Positions 21,399-29,578 are shown, counted from the first letter of the stretch. The stretch is 64,000 bases of DNA from Pseudomonadota bacterium (GCA_040388515.1 JAZKBQ010000004.1:182382-246381), one strand, 5' to 3'. Made by a program: numbers and translations. Notes: a model not told the origin generated them from the sequence alone.

Positions 21399-21878
21399 AT
21401 GCGAAAGGGCGGGGTGCGGGCTTTGACCGCGCTCCTTGCTCTCGGCGTGTGGGTGCCAATCCTCGACGGTGATCCAATTGCCGCGTCGATCTACGACGCG
21501 CATTACGCGAGCGAGCGGAGCCGGGAACGCCGGCGTGAGCGCGGCACGCTGCTGATCATGGGACCGGGGCAGAAGTTACTGCTCGCAACACCGTGCCGCC
21601 GCGCTCTCTTCGCCTGGCGCAAGTTCATTGACGACACCGGGCAACGGGGAGTGAATTGCGCGGTGTTCGCCAACCATGGCGCGGGGCGATCGAGCGACCT
21701 GATCCGCGCAGCTGATGCGATCGCCGACGCTCGTTGGCCCGGCGAGCGCCATTACACCTACGTCCACCCCGCGCGCGTCAGCGCTAACCCGGGTTACTGC
21801 TTCAAGATGGCCGGCTGGCGGTTTCACGGTCGCACGAAGAGCCGCGGGCTTCACATCCTCGAGCGTGCTGCAGCATGA
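21399..21878 (+). CDS. Conserved phage hypothetical protein (possible acetyltransferase-like fold)
   Basis: 159-aa ORF, first gene inside the att boundary. ATGA overlap with the methyltransferase gene. C-terminal NPGYCFKMAGW motif. True start uncertain. Confidence 0.5.
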   Translation: MRKGGVRALTALLALGVWVPILDGDPIAASIYDAHYASERSRERRRERGTLLIMGPGQKLLLATPCRRALFAWRKFIDDTGQRGVNCAVFANHGAGRSSDLIRAADAIADARWPGERHYTYVHPARVSANPGYCFKMAGWRFHGRTKSRGLHILERAAA

Positions 21879-23155
21879 CGGTCACGATCCTCATCGGTGA
21901 CGTTCTGCAGCAACTGCGTCAGATGCCCGACCAGTCGGTCGACTGCGTCGTCACCAGCCCTCCCTACTGGGGGCTGCGGAAATACATCGAGGACGATGCG
22001 CCGGAGAAGAAGTTTGAGATCGGCCTCGAACCGACGCTCGGCGAACACTTGGCCGTCATCGTTGGAGTGTTCCGTGAGGTCCGCCGCGTGCTCAAGGCGC
22101 ACGGGACGGTCTGGCTCAACTACGGCGACTGCTACGCCGCGCAGCCGAACGGAAAGTCAGCTGCTGCGTACAAGGCCGACGGACCTGACGATCGCACCTT
22201 CCGCGATAAGCCTTTCTCGACGGTCGGTCCGATCTACAATCCTGGACATCCGAACCGAGCGAACAGGGTAGGCAATGTCGGAGGCTATTCGAAGAAGGGT
22301 GTCGCGCCATCCAAGGGACGCATCGAGGCGGGCGGATTCCTGAAGCCGAAAGATCTGTGCATGATCCCCAACCGGCTGGCGATCGCGCTCCAGGACGACG
22401 GCTGGTACGTCCGCTCCGAGATCATCTGGCACAAGCCGAACCCGATGCCGGAATCGGTCTATGATCGCCCGACGTCCGCGCACGAGAAGATCTGGCTGCT
22501 CAGCAAAGGCGAGGACTATTTCTACAACCACGGGGCGATCCGCGAGCCGGTAACGGGCGGTACCCATGCCCGTCGGCCGGGACCAAATTCTCGGCAGCAT
22601 GTCGATCGGGTTCCAGCATCTCGCAAGGTGAAGGTACCCGGCGGCTGGGACGTTGAGCCAGGCACGCATGGAAATATCCACAAGCGCGGACGAACATCAG
22701 CGACATACATTGAGCAAAAAGGCAAAACCGTCGAGCCAGGGAAGGGCATCAAGAACAACTCGAGCTTCGATGCGGCGCTCGGCAATCACACCGGCGACAC
22801 TCGCAACGCCCGCAACGTCTGGACTATCGCTCCAAAGGCTTTCCGCGAGGCGCACTTCGCTACGTTCCCGCCCGCCCTGGCTGAGCGGTGCATCAAGGCA
22901 GGCGTGCCGACGTCGGTGTGCGGTTATTGCGGCGCCGTCGAAGGATGCGGCGGCATTTGCCAGACCTTCGATCGCAAGCCCGGCCTGGTGCTTGATCCCT
23001 TCGGCGGCGCTGGCACCGTCGGTCTCGTTGCCGAGAAGCTGGGCCTCGATTCGATCCTGATCGAGCTGAGCCCGGAATATGCCGAGATCGCCCGCCGGCG
23101 GATCTTCGGCGTCGCGGGCAACGACATCACGAAATTCGACGCGGAGGCCGCATGA
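21875..23155 (+). CDS. Orphan DNA methyltransferase (beta-class N4-C/N6-A, SPPY motif)
   Basis: Motif IV VVTSPPYWGL near the N-terminus and motif I VLDPFGGAGTVG near the C-terminus, which is the beta-class order. No adjacent restriction endonuclease. Confidence 0.85.
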   Translation: MTVTILIGDVLQQLRQMPDQSVDCVVTSPPYWGLRKYIEDDAPEKKFEIGLEPTLGEHLAVIVGVFREVRRVLKAHGTVWLNYGDCYAAQPNGKSAAAYKADGPDDRTFRDKPFSTVGPIYNPGHPNRANRVGNVGGYSKKGVAPSKGRIEAGGFLKPKDLCMIPNRLAIALQDDGWYVRSEIIWHKPNPMPESVYDRPTSAHEKIWLLSKGEDYFYNHGAIREPVTGGTHARRPGPNSRQHVDRVPASRKVKVPGGWDVEPGTHGNIHKRGRTSATYIEQKGKTVEPGKGIKNNSSFDAALGNHTGDTRNARNVWTIAPKAFREAHFATFPPALAERCIKAGVPTSVCGYCGAVEGCGGICQTFDRKPGLVLDPFGGAGTVGLVAEKLGLDSILIELSPEYAEIARRRIFGVAGNDITKFDAEAA

Positions 23156-23703
23156 GCACCGAGGATTCGAGGATAATGGAACATTCAGCACTTATCGGCC
23201 TCGAAGCTGGGGTTTCTGACCAGTCGTTCGGGAAAATCGAGCAAGTCCCGTCAGAGCGGAATGGCGAAAGCGGGAAAACCGGAGGCACGTTTTCCGGTCG
23301 GTTGAGGGCTGCGCGAAAAGCATCCGGCCTGACGTTCGGAGGGCTGGCCGAGAAGGCAGGTATCTCGAAGACGCACGTCTGGGAACTGTGCCGCGGCAGG
23401 GTCAACAATCCAACCATTTCGCTCACTGAAAAGCTGGCCGATGCGCTCGACTGTGACGCCGCATGGCTTGCCGGTTGGGGCGAGAACGAAGCCCTAGAGC
23501 GCGCTCTTGATCGCATGGGCTGGCCGGAAATCCATGCCTTCCAGCGTGAACTGGCGCGCGGGCAGGACGTCTACGAGGACGCTGGCGGATACTTCATGCG
23601 GGCGATCAAGGCGTTGTTCGGCCTGCCCGGCAAAGACCCTGTCGTGACGTACCGCGAGGCTGCGCGTGCGATGATTGCTCAAGCTAACGGCGGTGCCGCA
23701 TGA
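23152..23703 (+). CDS. XRE-family HTH protein
   Basis: FSGRLRAARKASGLTFGGLAEKAGISKTHVWELCRGRVNNPTISLTEKLADAL is a Cro/C1-type HTH. ATGA overlaps on both sides. Confidence 0.7.
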   Translation: MSTEDSRIMEHSALIGLEAGVSDQSFGKIEQVPSERNGESGKTGGTFSGRLRAARKASGLTFGGLAEKAGISKTHVWELCRGRVNNPTISLTEKLADALDCDAAWLAGWGENEALERALDRMGWPEIHAFQRELARGQDVYEDAGGYFMRAIKALFGLPGKDPVVTYREAARAMIAQANGGAA

Positions 23704-23751
23704 TCCGCCTCATCCTCTGGCTGTTCGGCAAGCCTCGCCCTGCAAAGCCGC
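23697..23751 (+). repeat. 55-bp direct repeat, copy 1 (spans the start and first 17 codons of the 23700 gene)
   Basis: CGCATGATCCGCCTCATCC[T]CTGGCTGTTCGGCAAGCCTCGCCCTGCAAAGCCGC. Identical to 24475-24529 except for one base (23716). Confidence 0.9.
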
Positions 23752-24206
23752 TGTCCGCAGATGCTTATGTCATCCTGAAGGACGGTTGTTACTACCGGCC
23801 AAACGCAGCCGGTTACACAACCGAACTTGCCAAGGCGGGACGATATACGCTCGCCGAAGCAATCGCGCATTCGCATCCCAACGGCCCTGATGGTCCGCGC
23901 GACGGCATTAGTTATGAGTGGGATACTCGCATCGGTGACGAGCGCGGGGTGAGCGGTACCGGAACTAGCCTGCAGCCCGATTGGAAACGCGATTTCGAGG
24001 CGATGGAGCACCGCGCCCGCGAGTTGTCGAAGGTCATCGTGCAGCACCTTGGCGGCGGGTCAGAATGGTTCTCGCGAGTCGGCGATGAGTTTTACGCAGA
24101 TCCTGAAATCATCCGCGCCGAACTCCAGCGGCGCAAGAGTGACGCTTTCATCACAAAACGCGCGCTGTTCCGCGAGCGCCAAGAGCGCAGGAAGGACAAC
24201 ATATGA
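23700..24206 (+). CDS. Hypothetical phage protein with MIRLILWLFGKPRPAKP leader
   Basis: 168-aa ORF, ATGA-coupled on both sides. Confidence 0.55.
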   Translation: MIRLILWLFGKPRPAKPLSADAYVILKDGCYYRPNAAGYTTELAKAGRYTLAEAIAHSHPNGPDGPRDGISYEWDTRIGDERGVSGTGTSLQPDWKRDFEAMEHRARELSKVIVQHLGGGSEWFSRVGDEFYADPEIIRAELQRRKSDAFITKRALFRERQERRKDNI

Positions 24207-24481
24207 CTGGGCCTATGGGGCCGCGCGACCTCGCGGCGTTGGCAATGCTGATGGGCGGTCCCGGTTTTAGCACACCAATGTCGCGCGAATTCGACCGGCT
24301 CACCGACCGTCTGACCTATCTGCATGACGATGACATGCGCGCGGAGTTGCGTGAGCTGCGCGCGATGCTGGCCAAACGCGAGCCGAAACCCGCCAAGCCG
24401 AAACGCAAAGCCCCAAAGGTCCAGCGTCGTCGTGCTGCGAACAAAGCTGCTGCCAAAGCCAGAAAGAGGAACCGCGCATGA
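24203..24481 (+). CDS. Hypothetical phage protein, very basic C-terminus
   Basis: 92-aa ORF. The KPKRKAPKVQRRRAANKAAAKARKRNRA tail suggests nucleic-acid binding. Confidence 0.5.
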   Translation: MTGPMGPRDLAALAMLMGGPGFSTPMSREFDRLTDRLTYLHDDDMRAELRELRAMLAKREPKPAKPKRKAPKVQRRRAANKAAAKARKRNRA

Positions 24482-24529
24482 TCCGCCTCATCCACTGGCT
24501 GTTCGGCAAGCCTCGCCCTGCAAAGCCGC
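24475..24529 (+). repeat. 55-bp direct repeat, copy 2
   Basis: Matches 23697-23751 with a single mismatch. Confidence 0.9.
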
Positions 24530-24606
24530 ATAGCTCCCGCCTCTGTGACAAGTGCAAAGAATTCGCCCTGCCTGGCAAGACCGTCTGTGCGGAGTGTGGA
24601 GAGTGA
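24478..24606 (+). CDS. 42-aa zinc-ribbon protein sharing the MIRLIHWLFGKPRPAKP leader
   Basis: Below the ORF-track cutoff. My translation is MIRLIHWLFGKPRPAKPHSSRLCDKCKEFALPGKTVCAECGE. ATGA overlap upstream and GTGA overlap with the Dam-like gene downstream. Confidence 0.45.
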   Translation: MIRLIHWLFGKPRPAKPHSSRLCDKCKEFALPGKTVCAECGE

Positions 24607-25121
24607 GCCACTGGGAGCGCTCCGGCCGATCTGATCAGTGGTACACGCCCAAGTACGTGTTCGATGCACTCGGCTGCACGTTCTACATGGACGTTGCCGC
24701 GCCACACTTGATCCCGTCGTACATCGGCGACCTGCTAACTCGGCGCGACGGTCCGCGATGGCTGTGGAAAGACAGCCTCGAGAGCGATTGGTTGGGCTTT
24801 GTCTGGATGAACCCGCCCTACGGCGGCCGCAATTCCCTAACCGCTTGGCTCGATAAGTTCGTCGGCCACGGGAACGGTATCGCACTGGTCCCTGATCGAA
24901 CGTCGGCACCGTGGTTCCGCGCCGCCTTTCCCGCGATGGACGCCGTCATGTTCACGCCCAAGATCCGGTTTCTTCGACCGGATGGCAGCGAGGGTAAGTC
25001 ACCGTCGAACGGGTCCGCTCTGATGGCCATCGGCGAACACGGCGTGGCTGCTCTGCACAACGCCGCCCGCAACGGGCTGGGCATTCTCGCGACCCCGATC
25101 AGCGCCAGGAGGGCACCATGA
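24603..25121 (+). CDS. Phage Dam-type DNA N6-adenine methyltransferase
   Basis: ORF 24552..25121 trimmed to GTG 24603. Contains QWYTPKYVFDALG and VWMNPPYGG (NPPY catalytic motif). Confidence 0.75.
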   Translation: MSHWERSGRSDQWYTPKYVFDALGCTFYMDVAAPHLIPSYIGDLLTRRDGPRWLWKDSLESDWLGFVWMNPPYGGRNSLTAWLDKFVGHGNGIALVPDRTSAPWFRAAFPAMDAVMFTPKIRFLRPDGSEGKSPSNGSALMAIGEHGVAALHNAARNGLGILATPISARRAP

Positions 25122-25357
25122 CCTCAGCAAAACCCGCTCGGGTAAGTGACGAGGGCGCGCAGATCGTGGCCTGGCTGCGGGATGACGCTATCAAACAACG
25201 GAGCGATCTGCGGGGCCTTCACGCACGCAAGATGCTGACCACAGCGCAGACCATCGAATGGGAAGCGCAGATCGAATTGAAGGCGGCGCTCGCGGACGCA
25301 ATCGAACGTGGCGATCACATTCCTTGCCCAGCAAGGTCAGTCGGAGAAATTGCATGA
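25118..25357 (+). CDS. Hypothetical phage protein
   Basis: 79-aa ORF, ATGA overlaps on both sides. Confidence 0.5.
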   Translation: MTSAKPARVSDEGAQIVAWLRDDAIKQRSDLRGLHARKMLTTAQTIEWEAQIELKAALADAIERGDHIPCPARSVGEIA

Positions 25358-25623
25358 CGTGGCAGCCGATCGAGACTGCGCCGAAGGACGGTCGCATACT
25401 GGCATACATGCCCAACCGCATCGATGGCGGCGCGCCTTATATCGCCGTGATCTGGTGGGACGATGAGTTCCGCACGGACGACTGGGACTATGAGCGCGAT
25501 GAACTGACGTACATCGGCGCGTGGTCTGCCGGCCGTGTCGGCTCGTTCAATTACGAAGAATACGCGGAGGAGCATCCTTCCCATTGGATGCCTCTGCCAG
25601 CCGCACCGGAATCCGCATCATGA
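25354..25623 (+). CDS. DUF551-like phage protein
   Basis: Trimmed to MTWQPIETAPKDGRILAY, the characteristic DUF551 opening. ATGA overlaps. Confidence 0.6.
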   Translation: MTWQPIETAPKDGRILAYMPNRIDGGAPYIAVIWWDDEFRTDDWDYERDELTYIGAWSAGRVGSFNYEEYAEEHPSHWMPLPAAPESAS

Positions 25624-25832
25624 CCGCTCGGGTAAGTCCGGAGCCTTCGGGAACGGGGGGTGTGGCGCGCGAACGATTCCCATGGCCTGAAAACTGCGGC
25701 CCGTATTGCCGCGGTTTCGACCTCATCAGCGGCACCTGCTCCCACCATTGGACCGAAGTCGACCAGATCGTCGAGCGGGTGACCAGCGCCTTCAAACGCG
25801 ACGTAGCGGCAATTCTCAGGAGCGACCGATGA
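25620..25832 (+). CDS. Hypothetical phage protein
   Basis: Trimmed to MTARVSPEPS. ATGA overlaps. Confidence 0.45.
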   Translation: MTARVSPEPSGTGGVARERFPWPENCGPYCRGFDLISGTCSHHWTEVDQIVERVTSAFKRDVAAILRSDR

Positions 25833-26080
25833 CATACACCGATCTGATTACCGGCAAGCCGCTTGAACCTTGGGCAGAGCAGGCGATGAACGCAGCATCG
25901 AGCAACCGGCTTCGTGCGCTGGCAAAGGCGCTCGATTGCGATGTTGCTGACGTCGAGGAAGTGCTGGCCGAGATCATTGCCGACAGCATCGATATGGACT
26001 GGAATTCCAGCGTCGGTGCGGCGGCAATCGTCAGCAAAGTTGCCGTTCCCGCTTCTTCCGCCCCCGTCCAGCAAAGATGA
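25829..26080 (+). CDS. Hypothetical phage protein
   Basis: Trimmed to MTYTDLITGKPLEPW. Overlaps the upstream stop. Confidence 0.45.
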   Translation: MTYTDLITGKPLEPWAEQAMNAASSNRLRALAKALDCDVADVEEVLAEIIADSIDMDWNSSVGAAAIVSKVAVPASSAPVQQR

Positions 26081-26123
26081 TTGGAGAGATTGTGTGAGCA
26101 TCCATGAAAAACGAGAGGATACG

Positions 26124-26426
26124 ATGTTCCTCGACGCCACTGGTGAAATGATCAGGCTGGGCGACCTCGTTCGCGCCAAGCTGACGATCAACCAGCACGT
26201 GCACGGCGACTGGGCCGATTATCGCATCCGCAAGGCTCCCGGCGGCTATCTGCTGTCGTACCATCGGTCGGAGAAGGGGCAGGTTTTGCCCGAAGGCTAC
26301 ACCGGCGGCTTCATGGCCGACTGTCTGCCTGACGACGATGAGCGCGATAACAAATCGCTCGTGTTCGCCACTGTGCCGATACCCGTCAGCGGCTGGCTCA
26401 TTGTCGAAGAGTGCGCGCAGTCATGA
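26124..26426 (+). CDS. Hypothetical phage protein
   Basis: Trimmed to MFLDATGEM with GAGAGG upstream. Confidence 0.45.
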   Translation: MFLDATGEMIRLGDLVRAKLTINQHVHGDWADYRIRKAPGGYLLSYHRSEKGQVLPEGYTGGFMADCLPDDDERDNKSLVFATVPIPVSGWLIVEECAQS

Positions 26427-26659
26427 CCCCTCCCCCAAAGCCCCATCCCTCTCGGCTATGCGATAACGGTCGCTCTCCTGAAATCTGCGCTCATTGCAAG
26501 CAGGAAATCCCACCAGTGGGGCAGCGGGCTGGCTTTTGCATCTGCGACGGCGCGTGGGCGGAATGGACGCATTATTGTTTCGGCGACGGAAGTTCTGCCC
26601 GCCTCACCCAACCCTTATCGCCATCGAACATACAGAAGAAGGAGGATGACTGTGGATAA
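26423..26659 (+). CDS. Cys-rich small phage protein
   Basis: MTPPPKPHPSRLCDNG...CAHCKQ...CICDG. ATGA overlap upstream. Confidence 0.45.
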   Translation: MTPPPKPHPSRLCDNGRSPEICAHCKQEIPPVGQRAGFCICDGAWAEWTHYCFGDGSSARLTQPLSPSNIQKKEDDCG

Positions 26660-27158
26660 TGCTTCTGGGCGCGTTCCTTCGGAACCGGGTGCTACTCGCT
26701 TCGCTCCCCGAGCCGGGCAAGCCGTCTCGGCCCATTCGGGTGACGCCCCCTCGCGCAGCTGGATTTGGGATCACGCGCGCTTGATCGGAAAGGCACTTAT
26801 CAACGTGGCACCAGATGATCTTTCAATCGCATTTTCCGGAAGCGCTGCGGCCACGACATCCGAACATTCGCTCGTGGTGACCTGCACGATACACAACCGC
26901 TTCGAAGCCGAAGCCGTGCGCGAGATTATCAATCATCTGAGCCAGCACTGGTTGAGTGCGCACCGTGAGATGGTGCGGGGTGATATTATGCCCGCCGAAC
27001 CCGAGCCGAATTTCAAAGAAGGGTTGGCAGCCATGTTCGGCACCTATTGCGATAGCGACCAAAACCCGAAGGGCGGCAACGAAGTGCCGTCGCGAAGCGA
27101 TGCGGGCGCGGGTCCGTCAGGACATCGCCCAGACCATGTCGAGAAACCCCTATCATGA
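26646..27158 (+). CDS. Hypothetical phage protein
   Basis: 170-aa ORF, GGAGGA RBS, overlaps both neighbours. Confidence 0.5.
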   Translation: MTVDNASGRVPSEPGATRFAPRAGQAVSAHSGDAPSRSWIWDHARLIGKALINVAPDDLSIAFSGSAAATTSEHSLVVTCTIHNRFEAEAVREIINHLSQHWLSAHREMVRGDIMPAEPEPNFKEGLAAMFGTYCDSDQNPKGGNEVPSRSDAGAGPSGHRPDHVEKPLS

Positions 27159-27469
27159 CCCATGATCAATCAGGGAAGCTGACTGACGAGAGAGCGGCGA
27201 TCTGCACCGCTTGCGGACAACCGATGATCGCATCGCCCGTAGCAAAGCTCGACTGGCCAGCGTTCTCACTAGACCTGCGGCTGGCAATGGCGCGCGCGAA
27301 CCTGTCTTTGCGCCAGCTGCAAACGGCAACCGGCGTCGATCAGGCGACCATCCACCGCGTCGCCAAGCACGGGAAGCCGATCGCTGCCGATAGTTACATC
27401 GCGCTTGCAGGCTGGGTTCGCCTCCACCTCCCCACAACCCCAATGGATACGGAGAATAGCAATGGGTGA
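27155..27469 (+). CDS. HTH protein with N-terminal CxxC
   Basis: LRLAMARANLSLRQLQTATGVDQATIHRVAKHGKP is HTH-like. ATGA overlap. Confidence 0.55.
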   Translation: MTHDQSGKLTDERAAICTACGQPMIASPVAKLDWPAFSLDLRLAMARANLSLRQLQTATGVDQATIHRVAKHGKPIAADSYIALAGWVRLHLPTTPMDTENSNG

Positions 27470-27695
27470 AGAGACTTTCACTCTCGAAATCGGAAAGCTG
27501 CACGCGTTCTATACGATCCCGATGTTGCTGACCTGCCCGTCATGTGGCGAGCGACATATCGACGAGCAGGCTTTCGAAAAGGTCGCGCATCACACCCACG
27601 CTTGCCAAGGCTGCGGGCACGTCTGGCGACCAGCCAAGGTCAACACGCACGGCGTCAGGTTCCTGCCCGGTTATAAAAACGAGGTGCCCGCATGA
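27462..27695 (+). CDS. Zinc-ribbon phage protein
   Basis: Trimmed to MGEETFTLEIGK. Cysteine pairs CPSCGERH...CQGCGH. Confidence 0.5.
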   Translation: MGEETFTLEIGKLHAFYTIPMLLTCPSCGERHIDEQAFEKVAHHTHACQGCGHVWRPAKVNTHGVRFLPGYKNEVPA

Positions 27696-28057
27696 CCGTG
27701 GACATAGCAACCCTAAGAGCGGCACACGCTGATCTTCTCCAACTGGAGGATGACGTCCGATACTACTCGGGCGGGGAGACGGCTGGGTATGCCGAAATCG
27801 GGATTCGGTCGCGCAGGATCGTCAACAACCTGATCCCGCTCTGCGATCTCGTGGACGCCCAAGCAGCGCGCGTTGCCGAGCTTGAACAGCAAATGCGCAT
27901 GATCGTCTCGCACGCAACCGGCGGCGCGTGTCAGGACATCACGCTATCGACAAATGACATCAGCGTCGAAATCACCCGGCACGTAAATCGGGTTTGGGAT
28001 GCCGCACAGGAAGCTGCGCGCGCCGCCGCCATCCGAGCGAGCAAGTCAAATGGGTGA
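27692..28057 (+). CDS. Hypothetical phage protein
   Basis: 121-aa ORF, ATGA overlap upstream. Confidence 0.5.
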   Translation: MTVDIATLRAAHADLLQLEDDVRYYSGGETAGYAEIGIRSRRIVNNLIPLCDLVDAQAARVAELEQQMRMIVSHATGGACQDITLSTNDISVEITRHVNRVWDAAQEAARAAAIRASKSNG

Positions 28058-28319
28058 GGTCGAGGGGCGGGAGATGCTGTTCGCGATGCAGCATGGCCCT
28101 TACATACCGTGGAGCCTCGCCGAACTTATCTACGAGGCATATGCGGCGCAGTACGGCACCGATCAATCTTTGGAAAAGCTGCACAATCGCGGCGGTTTCA
28201 GTTGGAGAGAAGTCGAGGTGATATTCTCCGGATTGGCGAAGGATAAGCCGATCAAACTGGATCAACTTCGGCAACGCCATCAGATCCCGTATATTTCACC
28301 CGTCAGAGATCGCCAATGA
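28050..28319 (+). CDS. Hypothetical phage protein
   Basis: Trimmed to MGEVEGREMLFAMQHG. 8-nt overlap with the upstream gene. Confidence 0.45.
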   Translation: MGEVEGREMLFAMQHGPYIPWSLAELIYEAYAAQYGTDQSLEKLHNRGGFSWREVEVIFSGLAKDKPIKLDQLRQRHQIPYISPVRDRQ

Positions 28320-28342
28320 CCTCCCCGCTCACCGTTGCCACG

Positions 28343-28372
28343 GGCAACCTGCAAGGAAAGCTGACAGGTTGC
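28343..28372. terminator. Bidirectional stem-loop between convergent transcription units
   Basis: GGCAACCTG-12 nt-CAGGTTGCC (9-bp perfect stem), preceded by a smaller GTTGCC-acg-GGCAAC hairpin. Lies between the + gene ending at 28319 and the - gene ending at 28407. Confidence 0.55.
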
Positions 28373-28406
28373 CCAGACTTCTTTGCACGATCTGCAAATA
28401 AGTCGA

Positions 28407-28568
28407 TCAGCCCGCCCGCCCCTCCAGCTCCCCAATAACCGCGTCCACCTCCTCACCGCTCCAGTCGAGGTTGGCACGGTTTCGACGCAGCCCTGCGATA
28501 ATCTCTGCAGGCGACTTGCCGGGATATTCGGCGAGGAGGTCGTCTACTTCCTGGGGGAGGTCGTTCAT
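28407..28568 (-). CDS. Small acidic protein, third gene of the SRAP island
   Basis: Trimmed to MNDLPQEVDDLLAEYPGK. ATGA overlap with the SRAP stop. Confidence 0.45.
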   Translation of the reverse strand: MNDLPQEVDDLLAEYPGKSPAEIIAGLRRNRANLDWSGEEVDAVIGELEGRAG

Positions 28569-29170
28569 GCAACCGCCATCAACTGCGACGGAAACGGCGT
28601 TACCAGCGCGCACGCATCATCCCACTCGGCATCGAGCCACCGATCATAATCTGACGGATGCAACACCACTGGCATCGCCTTCGGATGCAGCGGCGCCACA
28701 AGCGGGTTCGGCTCGCAAGTCAGGAACGCGAACACGTCGCCCTCGGTCGATGGTCGCCAGATGCCCGCAAACGCCGCCACAGGCTCGCTGGGGACGCTGA
28801 ACCAGTGTTCGGACCGTCCGCCACCGATCACCGGCTCGGCGAACGTCGAGAACGGCACGAGGCAGCGCTGCATGGGTCGCGCCAGCATCGATCGCCAGAA
28901 CGGGCTGGCGAGGTTGCGGACGTTCGTCACGCGCCTCTGCACAGACGTGCCTGGCCGCTTCCCCGGGATCGTGGTCGGAACGCCCCAGCTCATCACGTCA
29001 GCGATGCGTGAACCAGCCTCGTCGCGCACGATCATCGCGGGATATTTCGGCCAGACGTCGGCCTTCGGCTCAAGTGCATCGGGGCGTCGCGGCAAGTCCC
29101 ACGCGATATACTCCCGCCAGGTCGGCAAGTGCTTCATCGCCTCGGGGTCGTTGCGGTAGTGGTTACACAT
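28565..29170 (-). CDS. SOS-response-associated peptidase (SRAP / YedK-HMCES family, abasic-site DNA-protein crosslinking)
   Basis: Trimmed to MCNHYRNDPE, where Cys2 is the catalytic residue. Also WGVPT..., FAEP and HPKAMPVVL motifs of DUF159/SRAP. Confidence 0.85.
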   Translation of the reverse strand: MCNHYRNDPEAMKHLPTWREYIAWDLPRRPDALEPKADVWPKYPAMIVRDEAGSRIADVMSWGVPTTIPGKRPGTSVQRRVTNVRNLASPFWRSMLARPMQRCLVPFSTFAEPVIGGGRSEHWFSVPSEPVAAFAGIWRPSTEGDVFAFLTCEPNPLVAPLHPKAMPVVLHPSDYDRWLDAEWDDACALVTPFPSQLMAVA

Positions 29171-29513
29171 CGGGGATGCCGAACTCAGCGTCTTGCTCCG
29201 CACGATGCTCGGCGGTCGAGATGGTAGAGCTGTAGCGGTCGAGCGATACCATCGCCCAGTCGAGCGGGCCGTGCATGGTCACTTTGCCGTCGGTGATCGA
29301 TACTGCGTTGCGGCCCTCGCGCTCGACCTCAAACCCGCCAGCCACGAAGCCCGTCAGCAGCGTGCCGTCGCTCAGTCCGACCTGATAGCTGGTGCGCTCG
29401 ATCGCGCTATCCGGCCATTCGATGAAGCCGCTGATTTCGCCACTGATGTGGACCATCGGCTGACCGTCCATCTTGCGGATCGTGGTGACGCCGGGCGGGT
29501 TCGATTCGACCAT
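29163..29513 (-). CDS. Hypothetical protein, first gene of the SRAP island
   Basis: ORF 29163..29549. ATG 29513 preferred, with TTG 29549 as an alternative. Its stop overlaps the SRAP start (ATGTGTAA). Confidence 0.45.
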   Translation of the reverse strand: MVESNPPGVTTIRKMDGQPMVHISGEISGFIEWPDSAIERTSYQVGLSDGTLLTGFVAGGFEVEREGRNAVSITDGKVTMHGPLDWAMVSLDRYSSTISTAEHRAEQDAEFGIPDV

Positions 29514-29542
29514 GGCATTTGCGTACCAGCGTCCAAACCGGC

Positions 29543-29572
29543 TTGCCAATGTTCTTTATCCGTTCGCATAAT
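29543..29572 (+). promoter_or_regulatory. Sigma70-like promoter candidate (TTGCCA-18 nt-CATAAT)
   Basis: TTGCCA at 29543-29548 and CATAAT at 29567-29572 in the divergent gap. The ATGs at 29573 and 29579 would give a leaderless or near-leaderless mRNA. Confidence 0.35.
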
Positions 29573-29578
29573 ATGGGC

